IMG/VR virus record: IMGVR_UViG_3300002026_002465
Span: 64,001-128,000 of that record
Reading direction: 5' to 3' (one strand)
From: a virus
DNA: 64,000 bases
Of this stretch, positions 55,728-64,000 are shown one piece after another. Every line of letters starts with the position of its first letter. Within the stretch, counting starts at the first letter, position 1. The notes under the pieces were generated by a model. The model ran no database searches. It saw nothing but the letters and a program-made list of their open reading frames with translations, and was not told where the DNA came from. The translations under genes were made by a program, and so were the position numbers.

Positions 55728-55971
55728 AGATTTTTTATATCAACCATTTGTTGGAAATGGTGGTTCAAATTTTGTGATAATTCGTGGATCTATTAATGGC
55801 CAGTTTTATGGACTATTATATGACATAGGTAAAATATACAAACTTACATTTTTAAATGAATTAAATGCCAAATATTTTATAAAAACAAATAAAGGTGTGC
55901 CTACAGACAAAATACCAGAAGAGACTATGAGATTATTTGTTAAAAGAGCAATGGATAATGGAAACACATAA
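55714..55971 (+). CDS. hypothetical protein
   Basis: ORF track; overlaps upstream stop; AAGGA upstream. Confidence 0.65.
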   Translation: MEKIEDFLYQPFVGNGGSNFVIIRGSINGQFYGLLYDIGKIYKLTFLNELNAKYFIKTNKGVPTDKIPEETMRLFVKRAMDNGNT

Positions 55972-56536
55972 TCATGCAGTTTTAAAAGTTAAAGCATTAG
56001 AGTGGTTATATTTAAATGCAAAATGTCAATATGTTACAACTGAATTAAAAATAGGAAGATATATTTTCGATGTTGTAGGATGTGATGGTAGTAGAGTATT
56101 TATAATTGAAGCAAAACAAGATATAAATGATTATATAAGAGATTTAAACAATCCTAATGAAATAAAAGAAAATATACTTTTATTAAAAAAAGAATTTTTA
56201 ATAGATAATAATAAAGAGAAATATGTTGATAATGTAAAAAAAGAAAGAGAAAAAAGTATAAAATTTTTAGATGATAGTTTATTAAAGCTTTCTTCACATA
56301 GATATTTAATAACTCCAGATGGAATGTTAACAGAGGAAAACACTCCACAAGGATGGGGATTATTAAATGAGGAACCAAGAGTTATAAAAAAATGTGATGG
56401 AAACAGAATAGACAAGAAAATAGCTGAAAAGATTATTCGAGATATTTGTGTGAGAAACACCAAGATATATCTAGAAATGAAAGAAGGAGTAGAATTTGGA
56501 AAACAAGTAACCTTTCCAGATTTAATGTTATTATGA
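55958..56536 (+). CDS. PD-(D/E)xK nuclease-fold protein, MmcB/DUF1052-like
   Basis: H..LK..A..WL, TE, FDVVG, IIEAK...DY..D, HRYLITP..ML.....P.GWGLL; ATG at 55958. Confidence 0.65.
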   Translation: METHNHAVLKVKALEWLYLNAKCQYVTTELKIGRYIFDVVGCDGSRVFIIEAKQDINDYIRDLNNPNEIKENILLLKKEFLIDNNKEKYVDNVKKEREKSIKFLDDSLLKLSSHRYLITPDGMLTEENTPQGWGLLNEEPRVIKKCDGNRIDKKIAEKIIRDICVRNTKIYLEMKEGVEFGKQVTFPDLMLL

Positions 56537-56681
56537 TATTGTTTGGAGCACTAGTAAAGATGATGAATTAGTTGAAAGAGTTGTTTCTGGTGGAATGTCA
56601 TTAACAAGAATTTTTGATTCAAAAGAAGAAAAAGATTGTGAAAGATTAATTTCTTTGTTTTTTGAAAGAAAAGATGAATAA
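56533..56681 (+). pseudogene. short ORF apparently frameshifted just after its start
   Basis: ATG 56533 is ATGA-coupled to the upstream stop but terminates after 12 codons. The -1 frame reads (D)IVWSTSKDDELVERVV...CERLISLFFERKDE* to 56681 without its own start. Confidence 0.35.
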
Positions 56682-56707
56682 TTTAAAATAATTGAATAAG
56701 ATATATT

Positions 56708-56752
56708 GAAGCCTCTAATTGCTTCTGAAGCAAAATGGTATATAAAATATAG
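56708..56752. promoter_or_regulatory. X-loop-X'-T-X inverted-repeat element followed by TATAAAATATAG
   Basis: GAAGC-ctctaatt-GCTTC-T-GAAGC (TTGCTTC-T-GAAGCAA is a perfect 15-bp palindrome), same architecture as 55447-55486. Confidence 0.45.
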
Positions 56753-56760
56753 AGGGTATA

Positions 56761-57171
56761 ATGGAATTTGAACAAGTATTAAACGAATCTTTTAAAAAGT
56801 ATAAATTGACTTATATAGGTAGTAGAAAAGACTACAAGATTCACGATCCAAATCCAATGGTTCTTGCCGTTGATGAAAAGTATGATGTTGACGGCAATGG
56901 AGAATCAATTCTTGGAATAAACCTTAATTATTATAAAGGTGATAAAAGTAAACTCATTGATGATATAAATAAAAAAGACAATGAAGCTGGATTTCGTAAT
57001 TTTGAAATAATGGCTAAATTGAAAAAACAATTTAATAATGAAAAAGATTGGGAGATTGAAGAAAGAAAGAGAAGATATAGTCATCTTTCCACTCAGTTTC
57101 CACATATGATGAAGTTTATTCGTCGTTATAAACTTTCTGGAATAGAAAGTAAAAAACGCAAATTCTTTTAA
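56761..57171 (+). CDS. second T4 gp2-like protein (paralog of 1270-1884)
   Basis: HDPNPMVL...ILGINLNYY...FIRRYK vs HDPKPLLF...VGINIHYV...AYRKY. Confidence 0.5.
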   Translation: MEFEQVLNESFKKYKLTYIGSRKDYKIHDPNPMVLAVDEKYDVDGNGESILGINLNYYKGDKSKLIDDINKKDNEAGFRNFEIMAKLKKQFNNEKDWEIEERKRRYSHLSTQFPHMMKFIRRYKLSGIESKKRKFF

Positions 57172-57184
57172 TAATTGAGGGTAA

Positions 57185-57574
57185 ATGAAATTTAACAATC
57201 TAATACAAGAAGCATCTCAAGAAATAGTCACTAATTTTAATTCTTTTTATGATGAAATAAAAACTAAAAAAGAAATTTTAAATTATGGTGATTTACGTAT
57301 GCGTGAGATATATCCATCTAATAATAATTACTCAATGCAATTTCAATTAAAACCAAAATATTCAAATTTAGAAAATAGTGATGAAAATATAAAATATATA
57401 ATTAGATTATTAAAAGATATAGCAGTTAAATATAATCAAGATGCAAAAGTCAAAAGAGAAATTGCAATAAACAATCAAGCTGTTATAAAGATAATATTTA
57501 AGGATATTCAACAGGGAGAAAACATGAATAAAGAAAATAATATAGGTTTAAATAGACTTGGGGGTACAATTTGA
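57185..57574 (+). CDS. hypothetical protein, possible head-associated protein
   Basis: GAGG SD; N-terminus MKFNNLIQE resembles T4-type prohead-protease-processed leaders. Confidence 0.65.
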   Translation: MKFNNLIQEASQEIVTNFNSFYDEIKTKKEILNYGDLRMREIYPSNNNYSMQFQLKPKYSNLENSDENIKYIIRLLKDIAVKYNQDAKVKREIAINNQAVIKIIFKDIQQGENMNKENNIGLNRLGGTI

Positions 57575-60500
57575 GTGTTATCAAACGTTGGTCAACAGGT
57601 TCAATAGGTAATGAATATCCAGATCACAAGGAAAGAAATAATCCAAATACAAAGGGTCTTTCTTATGAAGGCTCTGAAATAGTAGGTCCTGGTATTGAAG
57701 GATATATTGAAGAAGATGAAGTTCTTGCTTCTAGTGATAATAGACCATTAAAAAACTTGGTTGAAAATGATATTATTCTTGATAAAAATATTTCAGATGT
57801 TGCATCTGAAGTTGATCATGGAATTTTCAAAAATAGATATAATGAATTTAAATTAGATATTTTAACACAAGATTATTTAAATGATCCTGAAATTCAATCA
57901 ACAGAATTTCTTACAACACTATTAAGAATTAACTCAGGATCTTCTATTATTAATGGTAAAGTTACTCGTATTGGTAATCAAAAAATATTATACTTTATGA
58001 GAACAACTGACAGTTCAATTATTTTCCCTGATTATGAAAATAACACAGATTCAATTTTAATTGAAATAAATGATGATAATTATTTTAATGATTATAATGT
58101 TGTATATACTACAATATCAGATACTCTTCCTAATAATTTTGAATCATATGAAGTAAAAATAACAAATAAATCAACAATAAATACTTCTGTTGAAGACAGA
58201 GTATTAATATATAAAATATATAGAGATTGGGAAGATATAACTCCATTAAAAGCTGACTCTAAAGAAGCAAAAAATGAAATAATTAATTTCCAAAATGATA
58301 TTAACTTTGGTAAAACTAGTGATGGTTATTGGTTAAAATCTCCAACAGGTCTTGGAGACCCAATAAAAGGAACGTTTGTTACTGATGTAAAAATAAAAAA
58401 AGATATTGAAATAAAAGACAAATTTCTAGAAAAAGATTTATTTACAATAAATACAACAACTGGAAAAAAAGAATACGAAATCATAACAGATGGTATTTTC
58501 TTTAATGATATTCAATGGTTTATAGCTGATGAATTAATAGATAAATCAGCTGATATTCAAGATATTTATGTTGATGAAAACAACAATATATATTTTATTA
58601 TTAGATCAAAAACATCAACACAATTATATTATAAGGCAGCAACATCAACTCAGCTTGTTGCAAAACCAATAAGAAATGTAGGTGAACCAAATACTATTTC
58701 AGTTAATACTAGATTAAAACAAATTAAAAATTATTTGTTTGTATATGGCACGAATGGTTTCATAAGAGCAGTTCAATTAGATAGCAATAATTATATAGAA
58801 ACTCCAGCACTTGTATTTAGTAATATTCAAACAACACAAGAAATAACTTCTATATATGTTTGGAATGATCAAATTTGGATTGCAGGTGAAAATACATTAT
58901 GGCATTCTAATCAAACATTATCTTCAATAAGTAATTATTCTACAATATTTCCAACCTGGACATTTACAGAATTAAAATTGAATGATGTTGTAAAAGATTT
59001 ATCAGGTCAACCAATTGTTAAAAAAATAACAACTCTTGAAAGAACAAAAGGAAATATTATTGTTGATACTGCTATTAATACTAATATTTTTAACTTGGTA
59101 AAAAATGGTTCTTTTGAACAGGGAACACCAGGACAAATACCAACAAATTGGAATCTTACTGATGATCTTTCTGAATTAAATGCAGAATTATTATCAACAT
59201 TTGAAATGACTCAATCATCTGGAAGTTCAAACACAGATAGATGGGGAAATTATAAAGGTATATTAAAACTTGGATCTGGTGTTACAAGAGCTACAGTTTA
59301 TCAAGATTTTATATTAGAAGAAAATTCTCAAAATAAAATATATAACTTTTCTGTTTTCTTGAAATCAGGAGTTCCACAAGGTTCAACTATAAAAATAGCT
59401 GAATATAATAGTGACAATGAAATTGTAACAAGTATTGATAGTGGTCTTTTAAATACTTCAAGTGAATCTTGGGTTATTGATAATACAAATGTTAACACAT
59501 GGATTAGACCTGAAATTGCATTTAGAATTGCAAATAATAATTCAAAATATTTAAGATTTAGTATTAACTGTGAAAGTGCAAGTCCTCTTCAAATAGATGG
59601 TGTTCAATTAGAGGAAATTAATAACTCTGGTATTGAAATAACAAATATCACATGTGCTGCAGATATTGATGGATCACTTTCAGGAAAATATTTATTAATA
59701 AGTTCACCTTTACATAATTATTATGCTTGGATAAATGTTGACATGGATTTGAATGGTCAAGGTGATTCTATAGATCCAAAGTTATTAGAAACTTTTGATG
59801 GAAGTGGTATATCTAAATATCCTGTTTTATTAAATAAAACAGGAATTCAAGTTCTTATTTCTAAAAATTCTCATGCAGATGTTGTTGCAGAAAAAGTTGC
59901 AAAGGCTATAAATTTTGTTTCAGATCTTGTTGCATATAGAATACAAAACACAATTCAAGTTCAAGTAAGTAGTGAAATACCAGGTCAAGTTGCTGATGCT
60001 AGTATTGCTACATTAGGATCAGTTGGATTTTTTATAGACATTGTAGTTCAAGGTCTTTATAAGGCTTCTCAATATATAGAAAATTATGAATATTTGTTTA
60101 TTGGTTTTGAAAAATTTGAATCTAATAGAACAGATCAACCTTTCGCTTTTATTGATATTGCAAACCCAACAGGACCACAAGCAATTAAATATGTATTAGG
60201 AAAATATGGTAATGTAATGAGAATCAATGCTGCCATACATGATGATTCAAATAGAATGTATGTAACAGATGATAAGAGAATTTATACTTTAACATTCCTT
60301 AATAACTATAATATGTATGATCGTTTTACAATGGTTGATATTAGTAATAAAAATTCAAATGAATTAGATTTTAGTTCTAATATTTATAAGTTTGAAACAA
60401 TAGCAAAATTTAATAATAGAATTATGTTTGGTGGAACAGTTGATAATCGTGTTATTAAAGCAAAATATGGAATAGATGATAAAAAAGATCATACTATAGA

Positions 60501-63500
60501 ATTTGTTGATGCTCTAGATGGATTTAAGAGTTTTAATAGTTTATTTGGTGAAACTGTATTTGTTCATTCTAATGGTATTGATAATTCAACAATAGAATTT
60601 AAAAGAACAAAAAGTTGTTATGAAAAAATATCAACAACATCTGATTCAAATATTGGATATTATGAACCTGGAGAATTTTATACTTTTAAAATATTAATTG
60701 ATGGTCAAGAAGATAAAATAATAAAAATACTTTCTCCAAGTTGGAATAAAGGTCCATGGACTATACAAAAAATATATGAACAAATTAAATCAAACTATAG
60801 TGGTAGTCTAATAGACTGGTTAAATCCTGAAGGTAAAGAATCTGTTGTTAAAACATTGGATTGGACAAATCCTGAATCATCTTCAATTAAAACTGATGGT
60901 TTTTATTCAATTGGAAAACAAGATTTAACAAGACATGTTAGAGGAAATATCCATAAAATATTTATACCAGCAAATCAAAATAAAACATTTTATATTATTC
61001 GTGGAAAACAAATATTCCAATCAAAATTTGATCCAAATGTTTTAAAAGATGATAATGGAAAATATCCTGGTGTTATAGCTCCTAGAGGAACTGTTTTATC
61101 TTATGATCTCCTTCCAAAAAACCTCGATGCAACTAGTATAAACTTTGTTTGGTTTGTTCAAGATAAAGGATATTATAAATGGACTCAAGATGGATGGGAA
61201 GAAGTTCAATATTATACAAAATGGGATATATATTCTGAAGGTATTAAACTAACAAAATATAAACATATTAATGATATTGAAAAAACTTTTGGTGATGCTT
61301 CTAATAATAAAGTATGGGTTGATCTTCCAATAGAACCTGGTTATAATTTATTAAAAGGATCTGTTAGAGTAAAAACAAATTTTATTGCAGAAGTTGGATT
61401 TACAGAAGGTGAAGATTATTTTATTGATTATGATAATAATAAAATGATAAGATCAGATACAACAAATATGTTGTTAAATTCTGAATTTTCTTATGCAGAT
61501 ACATATATTAATTTAAATAATCTTGATTATAAAGGTGAAGTTTCAAGCACAGGATCATTACCAACAGTTGGTGTTTCAATTGGTGATGCTTATAAAGTTG
61601 GAAGCGATTATTATAGATGTAAAGAGTTACCAATATCTGGATTTAGTTCATGGATAAAATTCTCAAATGAAATTGTTCCATTAAACTGGAAATATTATGC
61701 TCAAAATGATACAGGTTTTGAAACAATTTTAAGAAAAACACGAGATGCATATGATAATAGAAATGATGTAGCAGAATTTATAGTAAAATCAGTATCTTCA
61801 GGAAGTGAAGTTGGTGTATTATATCAAGTTGTTGATATTGATTATGCTCAAGATGTATATACATTCTCCGTTGATTTGAAGGCTTATAATTATTCAAAAG
61901 TAATAATAAGAATATCAGAATGTGATAACTCAAATATTTCTAGTTTTGGATATAACAAACTAGGAAATTCATTTACTGATTTAGTTTATAAATCATCTAG
62001 ATTAGATTATCAAATAGGAAATGCTAATAACTCTACATCTGTTGATAGTTATGATAAGTGGAATAGAGTTGTATTGTCACATGAATTAAAAGATGCAAGA
62101 ACAACAAAACTTAGAGTTGAAATTTATTCTTTAAAGAATAATCAACTTTATGTAGATAAGGCTCAACTTGAAAAAAATGCTTCTCAAACACCATTTGTTG
62201 AGACTGCAAGATTATCAAGAATTGATCCTAATATGCATGTTTGGATTGATTATGTAGAATATACAACTGCAATAAAAGGAACTGATTACAAGTTTGATTT
62301 AGCAACAAGAAAAATAAAAATGATAGAAGACATATCAGATAATGAATATTTTTATTTTAATTACAAATATAATAAAATATTTAATCCATATGATTATGGA
62401 AACTCAAAACCAGTTGCTGCTGTTAATTATGATCCTAGAGATGATTACTTTATATTAAAATCAGAAGGTCATATATGGGCAATAAATCAAATGTTCGCTA
62501 TGATTTCATTAGAAACAGAAGATCCTCTCCTTGTTTCATATAATTATCACTATCCACGCGTTGATCAAATTAAAATAAGAAATCAACCTGATAGATTTGG
62601 TAATTTTATTTATGTTGTAAAGGGCGAAGCAGCTTATGACAACCCATATAAACCAAATGACATTGGATCTGGTTATGGAATAAATGGATCAAAACAATAT
62701 TATAATGGTGTTGATATTAGTGAAATAGAAGATTCTGTAAATAATGATATTCTTTATGAAATAAACGTTGTTGATAATAATTATCAAATAAATGATATTT
62801 ATGATAGACGTATTTATATTGATGCTAGAGACAATCTTAATTATAATATTTCTCTTTTACCTGAAACACTTGCATACTTCCCATTTAAAAAAGATTTTAA
62901 CTCAACAAATGGTTTAACACCATTGAATTTTATTCAAAATAGTAAAATTATTCCAATAATTAAAAACTATTCTATATTACAACTTGTTGAAGTTGGAGCT
63001 TGGAGAAATGGATATCAGTTAGGATTAAGAACACAATTTACTTATCCAGGAACTTCATTCTCTGTTTTCGTAGATCCTATAGATGGAAATGATACAAATA
63101 CTGGTAAATCAGAAAACAGTGCATTTAAAACTGTTCAACGAGCATTAGATGGAGATGCACTATATAGTAATAGCACTGATGATTATGTAACAAACATTAT
63201 TATTACAAAACCATCAACAATTAAAGAAAATATAGAAATCAATAAACCATTTACAGTTTCAATTGTTGCAAAATCATATTGCTATTGGGTTGGTTCAATT
63301 CAAAACTTGACAGAATGTAATATTCAAGGTGTTTGGTTTAAAAACACTGCAATATATCCATTTAATAAAATAAGTTTTTATTATTGTACTTTTGATAATA
63401 CATCAATAAACTGTATATCACCACAAAATATAAGTTTATATAATTGTGAAGCCACAAACAATCATAATCCTCTATTAAGAGTTAAAAACACTCTCTATCC

Positions 63501-64000
63501 ATCACCATTCAAATTCCCATATATGAGAATGTCAGAAAGAGATGATGGAATAATAGGATATCCTGATAGTGTTGCTACAAGCAATAATGAATCTATTGCA
63601 CCTGGTGACGTCTTTAATACACCACAATTAACAGCCTCAACATATATTTTCAAGAATTGTTTAATTTATGGTTCAACAGATCATATTATAAAATTCGATC
63701 CATCACCTGCATGGACTGGAAGTTTTGGTTTTGATTTCTGTACAATAGCAGATAACGTTGGAATGTTTTCAACACCAAAATATAATCTATCAATAAATTA
63801 TTCAAACTCAATTATTTCAAATAATAGAGAAATAATTTCACAAACAGATGATGCAATTATTAAAAAAGTTTTTAATTGTAATTCATCAATAAACTTTGAT
63901 ACTTGCTATATTGATTTCCCAAATAAATCAGATGAAGAAGGATCTTCAAATCTTTGGAATAATTTAAGTGGTGAATTATTAGGAAGAGAATCATGTATTT
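57571..64000 (+). CDS. giant tail fibre/receptor-binding protein, >2,140 aa, truncated by window end
   Basis: Absent from the ORF track because it has no stop in the window. TTG 57571 overlaps the upstream stop (TTGA) after GGGGG. Reads MSVIKRWSTG...NRPLKNLVENDIIL; two CBM4/9-like units (NLVKNGSFE...IDGVQLEE ~59090-59620; NMLLNSEF...YVDKAQLEK ~61465-62180); VFVDPIDGNDTNTG...FKTVQRA (~63065) introduces a beta-helix-like region. Confidence 0.85.
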   Translation, partial: MSVIKRWSTGSIGNEYPDHKERNNPNTKGLSYEGSEIVGPGIEGYIEEDEVLASSDNRPLKNLVENDIILDKNISDVASEVDHGIFKNRYNEFKLDILTQDYLNDPEIQSTEFLTTLLRINSGSSIINGKVTRIGNQKILYFMRTTDSSIIFPDYENNTDSILIEINDDNYFNDYNVVYTTISDTLPNNFESYEVKITNKSTINTSVEDRVLIYKIYRDWEDITPLKADSKEAKNEIINFQNDINFGKTSDGYWLKSPTGLGDPIKGTFVTDVKIKKDIEIKDKFLEKDLFTINTTTGKKEYEIITDGIFFNDIQWFIADELIDKSADIQDIYVDENNNIYFIIRSKTSTQLYYKAATSTQLVAKPIRNVGEPNTISVNTRLKQIKNYLFVYGTNGFIRAVQLDSNNYIETPALVFSNIQTTQEITSIYVWNDQIWIAGENTLWHSNQTLSSISNYSTIFPTWTFTELKLNDVVKDLSGQPIVKKITTLERTKGNIIVDTAINTNIFNLVKNGSFEQGTPGQIPTNWNLTDDLSELNAELLSTFEMTQSSGSSNTDRWGNYKGILKLGSGVTRATVYQDFILEENSQNKIYNFSVFLKSGVPQGSTIKIAEYNSDNEIVTSIDSGLLNTSSESWVIDNTNVNTWIRPEIAFRIANNNSKYLRFSINCESASPLQIDGVQLEEINNSGIEITNITCAADIDGSLSGKYLLISSPLHNYYAWINVDMDLNGQGDSIDPKLLETFDGSGISKYPVLLNKTGIQVLISKNSHADVVAEKVAKAINFVSDLVAYRIQNTIQVQVSSEIPGQVADASIATLGSVGFFIDIVVQGLYKASQYIENYEYLFIGFEKFESNRTDQPFAFIDIANPTGPQAIKYVLGKYGNVMRINAAIHDDSNRMYVTDDKRIYTLTFLNNYNMYDRFTMVDISNKNSNELDFSSNIYKFETIAKFNNRIMFGGTVDNRVIKAKYGIDDKKDHTIEFVDALDGFKSFNSLFGETVFVHSNGIDNSTIEFKRTKSCYEKISTTSDSNIGYYEPGEFYTFKILIDGQEDKIIKILSPSWNKGPWTIQKIYEQIKSNYSGSLIDWLNPEGKESVVKTLDWTNPESSSIKTDGFYSIGKQDLTRHVRGNIHKIFIPANQNKTFYIIRGKQIFQSKFDPNVLKDDNGKYPGVIAPRGTVLSYDLLPKNLDATSINFVWFVQDKGYYKWTQDGWEEVQYYTKWDIYSEGIKLTKYKHINDIEKTFGDASNNKVWVDLPIEPGYNLLKGSVRVKTNFIAEVGFTEGEDYFIDYDNNKMIRSDTTNMLLNSEFSYADTYINLNNLDYKGEVSSTGSLPTVGVSIGDAYKVGSDYYRCKELPISGFSSWIKFSNEIVPLNWKYYAQNDTGFETILRKTRDAYDNRNDVAEFIVKSVSSGSEVGVLYQVVDIDYAQDVYTFSVDLKAYNYSKVIIRISECDNSNISSFGYNKLGNSFTDLVYKSSRLDYQIGNANNSTSVDSYDKWNRVVLSHELKDARTTKLRVEIYSLKNNQLYVDKAQLEKNASQTPFVETARLSRIDPNMHVWIDYVEYTTAIKGTDYKFDLATRKIKMIEDISDNEYFYFNYKYNKIFNPYDYGNSKPVAAVNYDPRDDYFILKSEGHIWAINQMFAMISLETEDPLLVSYNYHYPRVDQIKIRNQPDRFGNFIYVVKGEAAYDNPYKPNDIGSGYGINGSKQYYNGVDISEIEDSVNNDILYEINVVDNNYQINDIYDRRIYIDARDNLNYNISLLPETLAYFPFKKDFNSTNGLTPLNFIQNSKIIPIIKNYSILQLVEVGAWRNGYQLGLRTQFTYPGTSFSVFVDPIDGNDTNTGKSENSAFKTVQRALDGDALYSNSTDDYVTNIIITKPSTIKENIEINKPFTVSIVAKSYCYWVGSIQNLTECNIQGVWFKNTAIYPFNKISFYYCTFDNTSINCISPQNISLYNCEATNNHNPLLRVKNTLYPSPFKFPYMRMSERDDGIIGYPDSVATSNNESIAPGDVFNTPQLTASTYIFKNCLIYGSTDHIIKFDPSPAWTGSFGFDFCTIADNVGMFSTPKYNLSINYSNSIISNNREIISQTDDAIIKKVFNCNSSINFDTCYIDFPNKSDEEGSSNLWNNLSGELLGRESCI

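Noticed and set aside
1-64000. Stop-codon reassignment (TAG or TGA read-through), known in some large phages
   Set aside because: Multi-kb ORFs are intact under the standard code, and TAA, TAG and TGA all end genes at tight junctions with the next start.
1-64000. CRISPR array, tRNA or rRNA genes
   Set aside because: No regularly spaced repeat-spacer units and no cloverleaf or rRNA-like GC-rich stretches seen; intergenic gaps are short. A tRNAscan-SE/Infernal run would confirm.

Overview
This is an AT-rich segment of what appears to be a large contractile-tailed (jumbo myovirus-like) phage genome. All assignments come from reading motifs by eye; no database search was run. Layout: (1) 1-15.2 kb is an HNH nuclease, a T4 gp2-like protein and the tail/baseplate core (gp27/GpD-like hub, tape measure, a 1751-aa protein ending in a tube-initiator-like domain, gp53/LysM-like wedge, gp5/gpV spike with an HxH tip). 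(2) 15.2-31 kb holds four giant modular fibre/virion genes, one split by a -1 frameshift near 24,346. (3) 31.1-46.2 kb is the stand-out: a divergently transcribed island with 11 CxxxCxxC radical-SAM enzymes (SPASM-type, HemN-like, one fused to a methyltransferase), one degenerate paralog and two pairs of small accessory paralogs. These surround a single 220-aa protein whose C-terminal ~76 residues are an array of (Tyr/His)-X-Asn motifs, a candidate hyper-modified RiPP-like or virion-protein substrate. (4) 46.2-48.3 kb is kdsA-kdsB-transaldolase, coupled to the radical-SAM operon. (5) 48.3-54.5 kb is the baseplate wedge (gp25, gp6/J, gp7/I-like, collar-fibre-like). (6) 54.6-57.6 kb holds small genes, including a stand-alone MshEN-like (c-di-GMP-binding motif) protein, an MmcB-like nuclease and a second gp2-like gene. 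(7) From 57.6 kb to the end is a >2,100-aa unterminated fibre ORF missing from the ORF track. I found no tRNA, rRNA or CRISPR array, and no evidence of stop-codon recoding.
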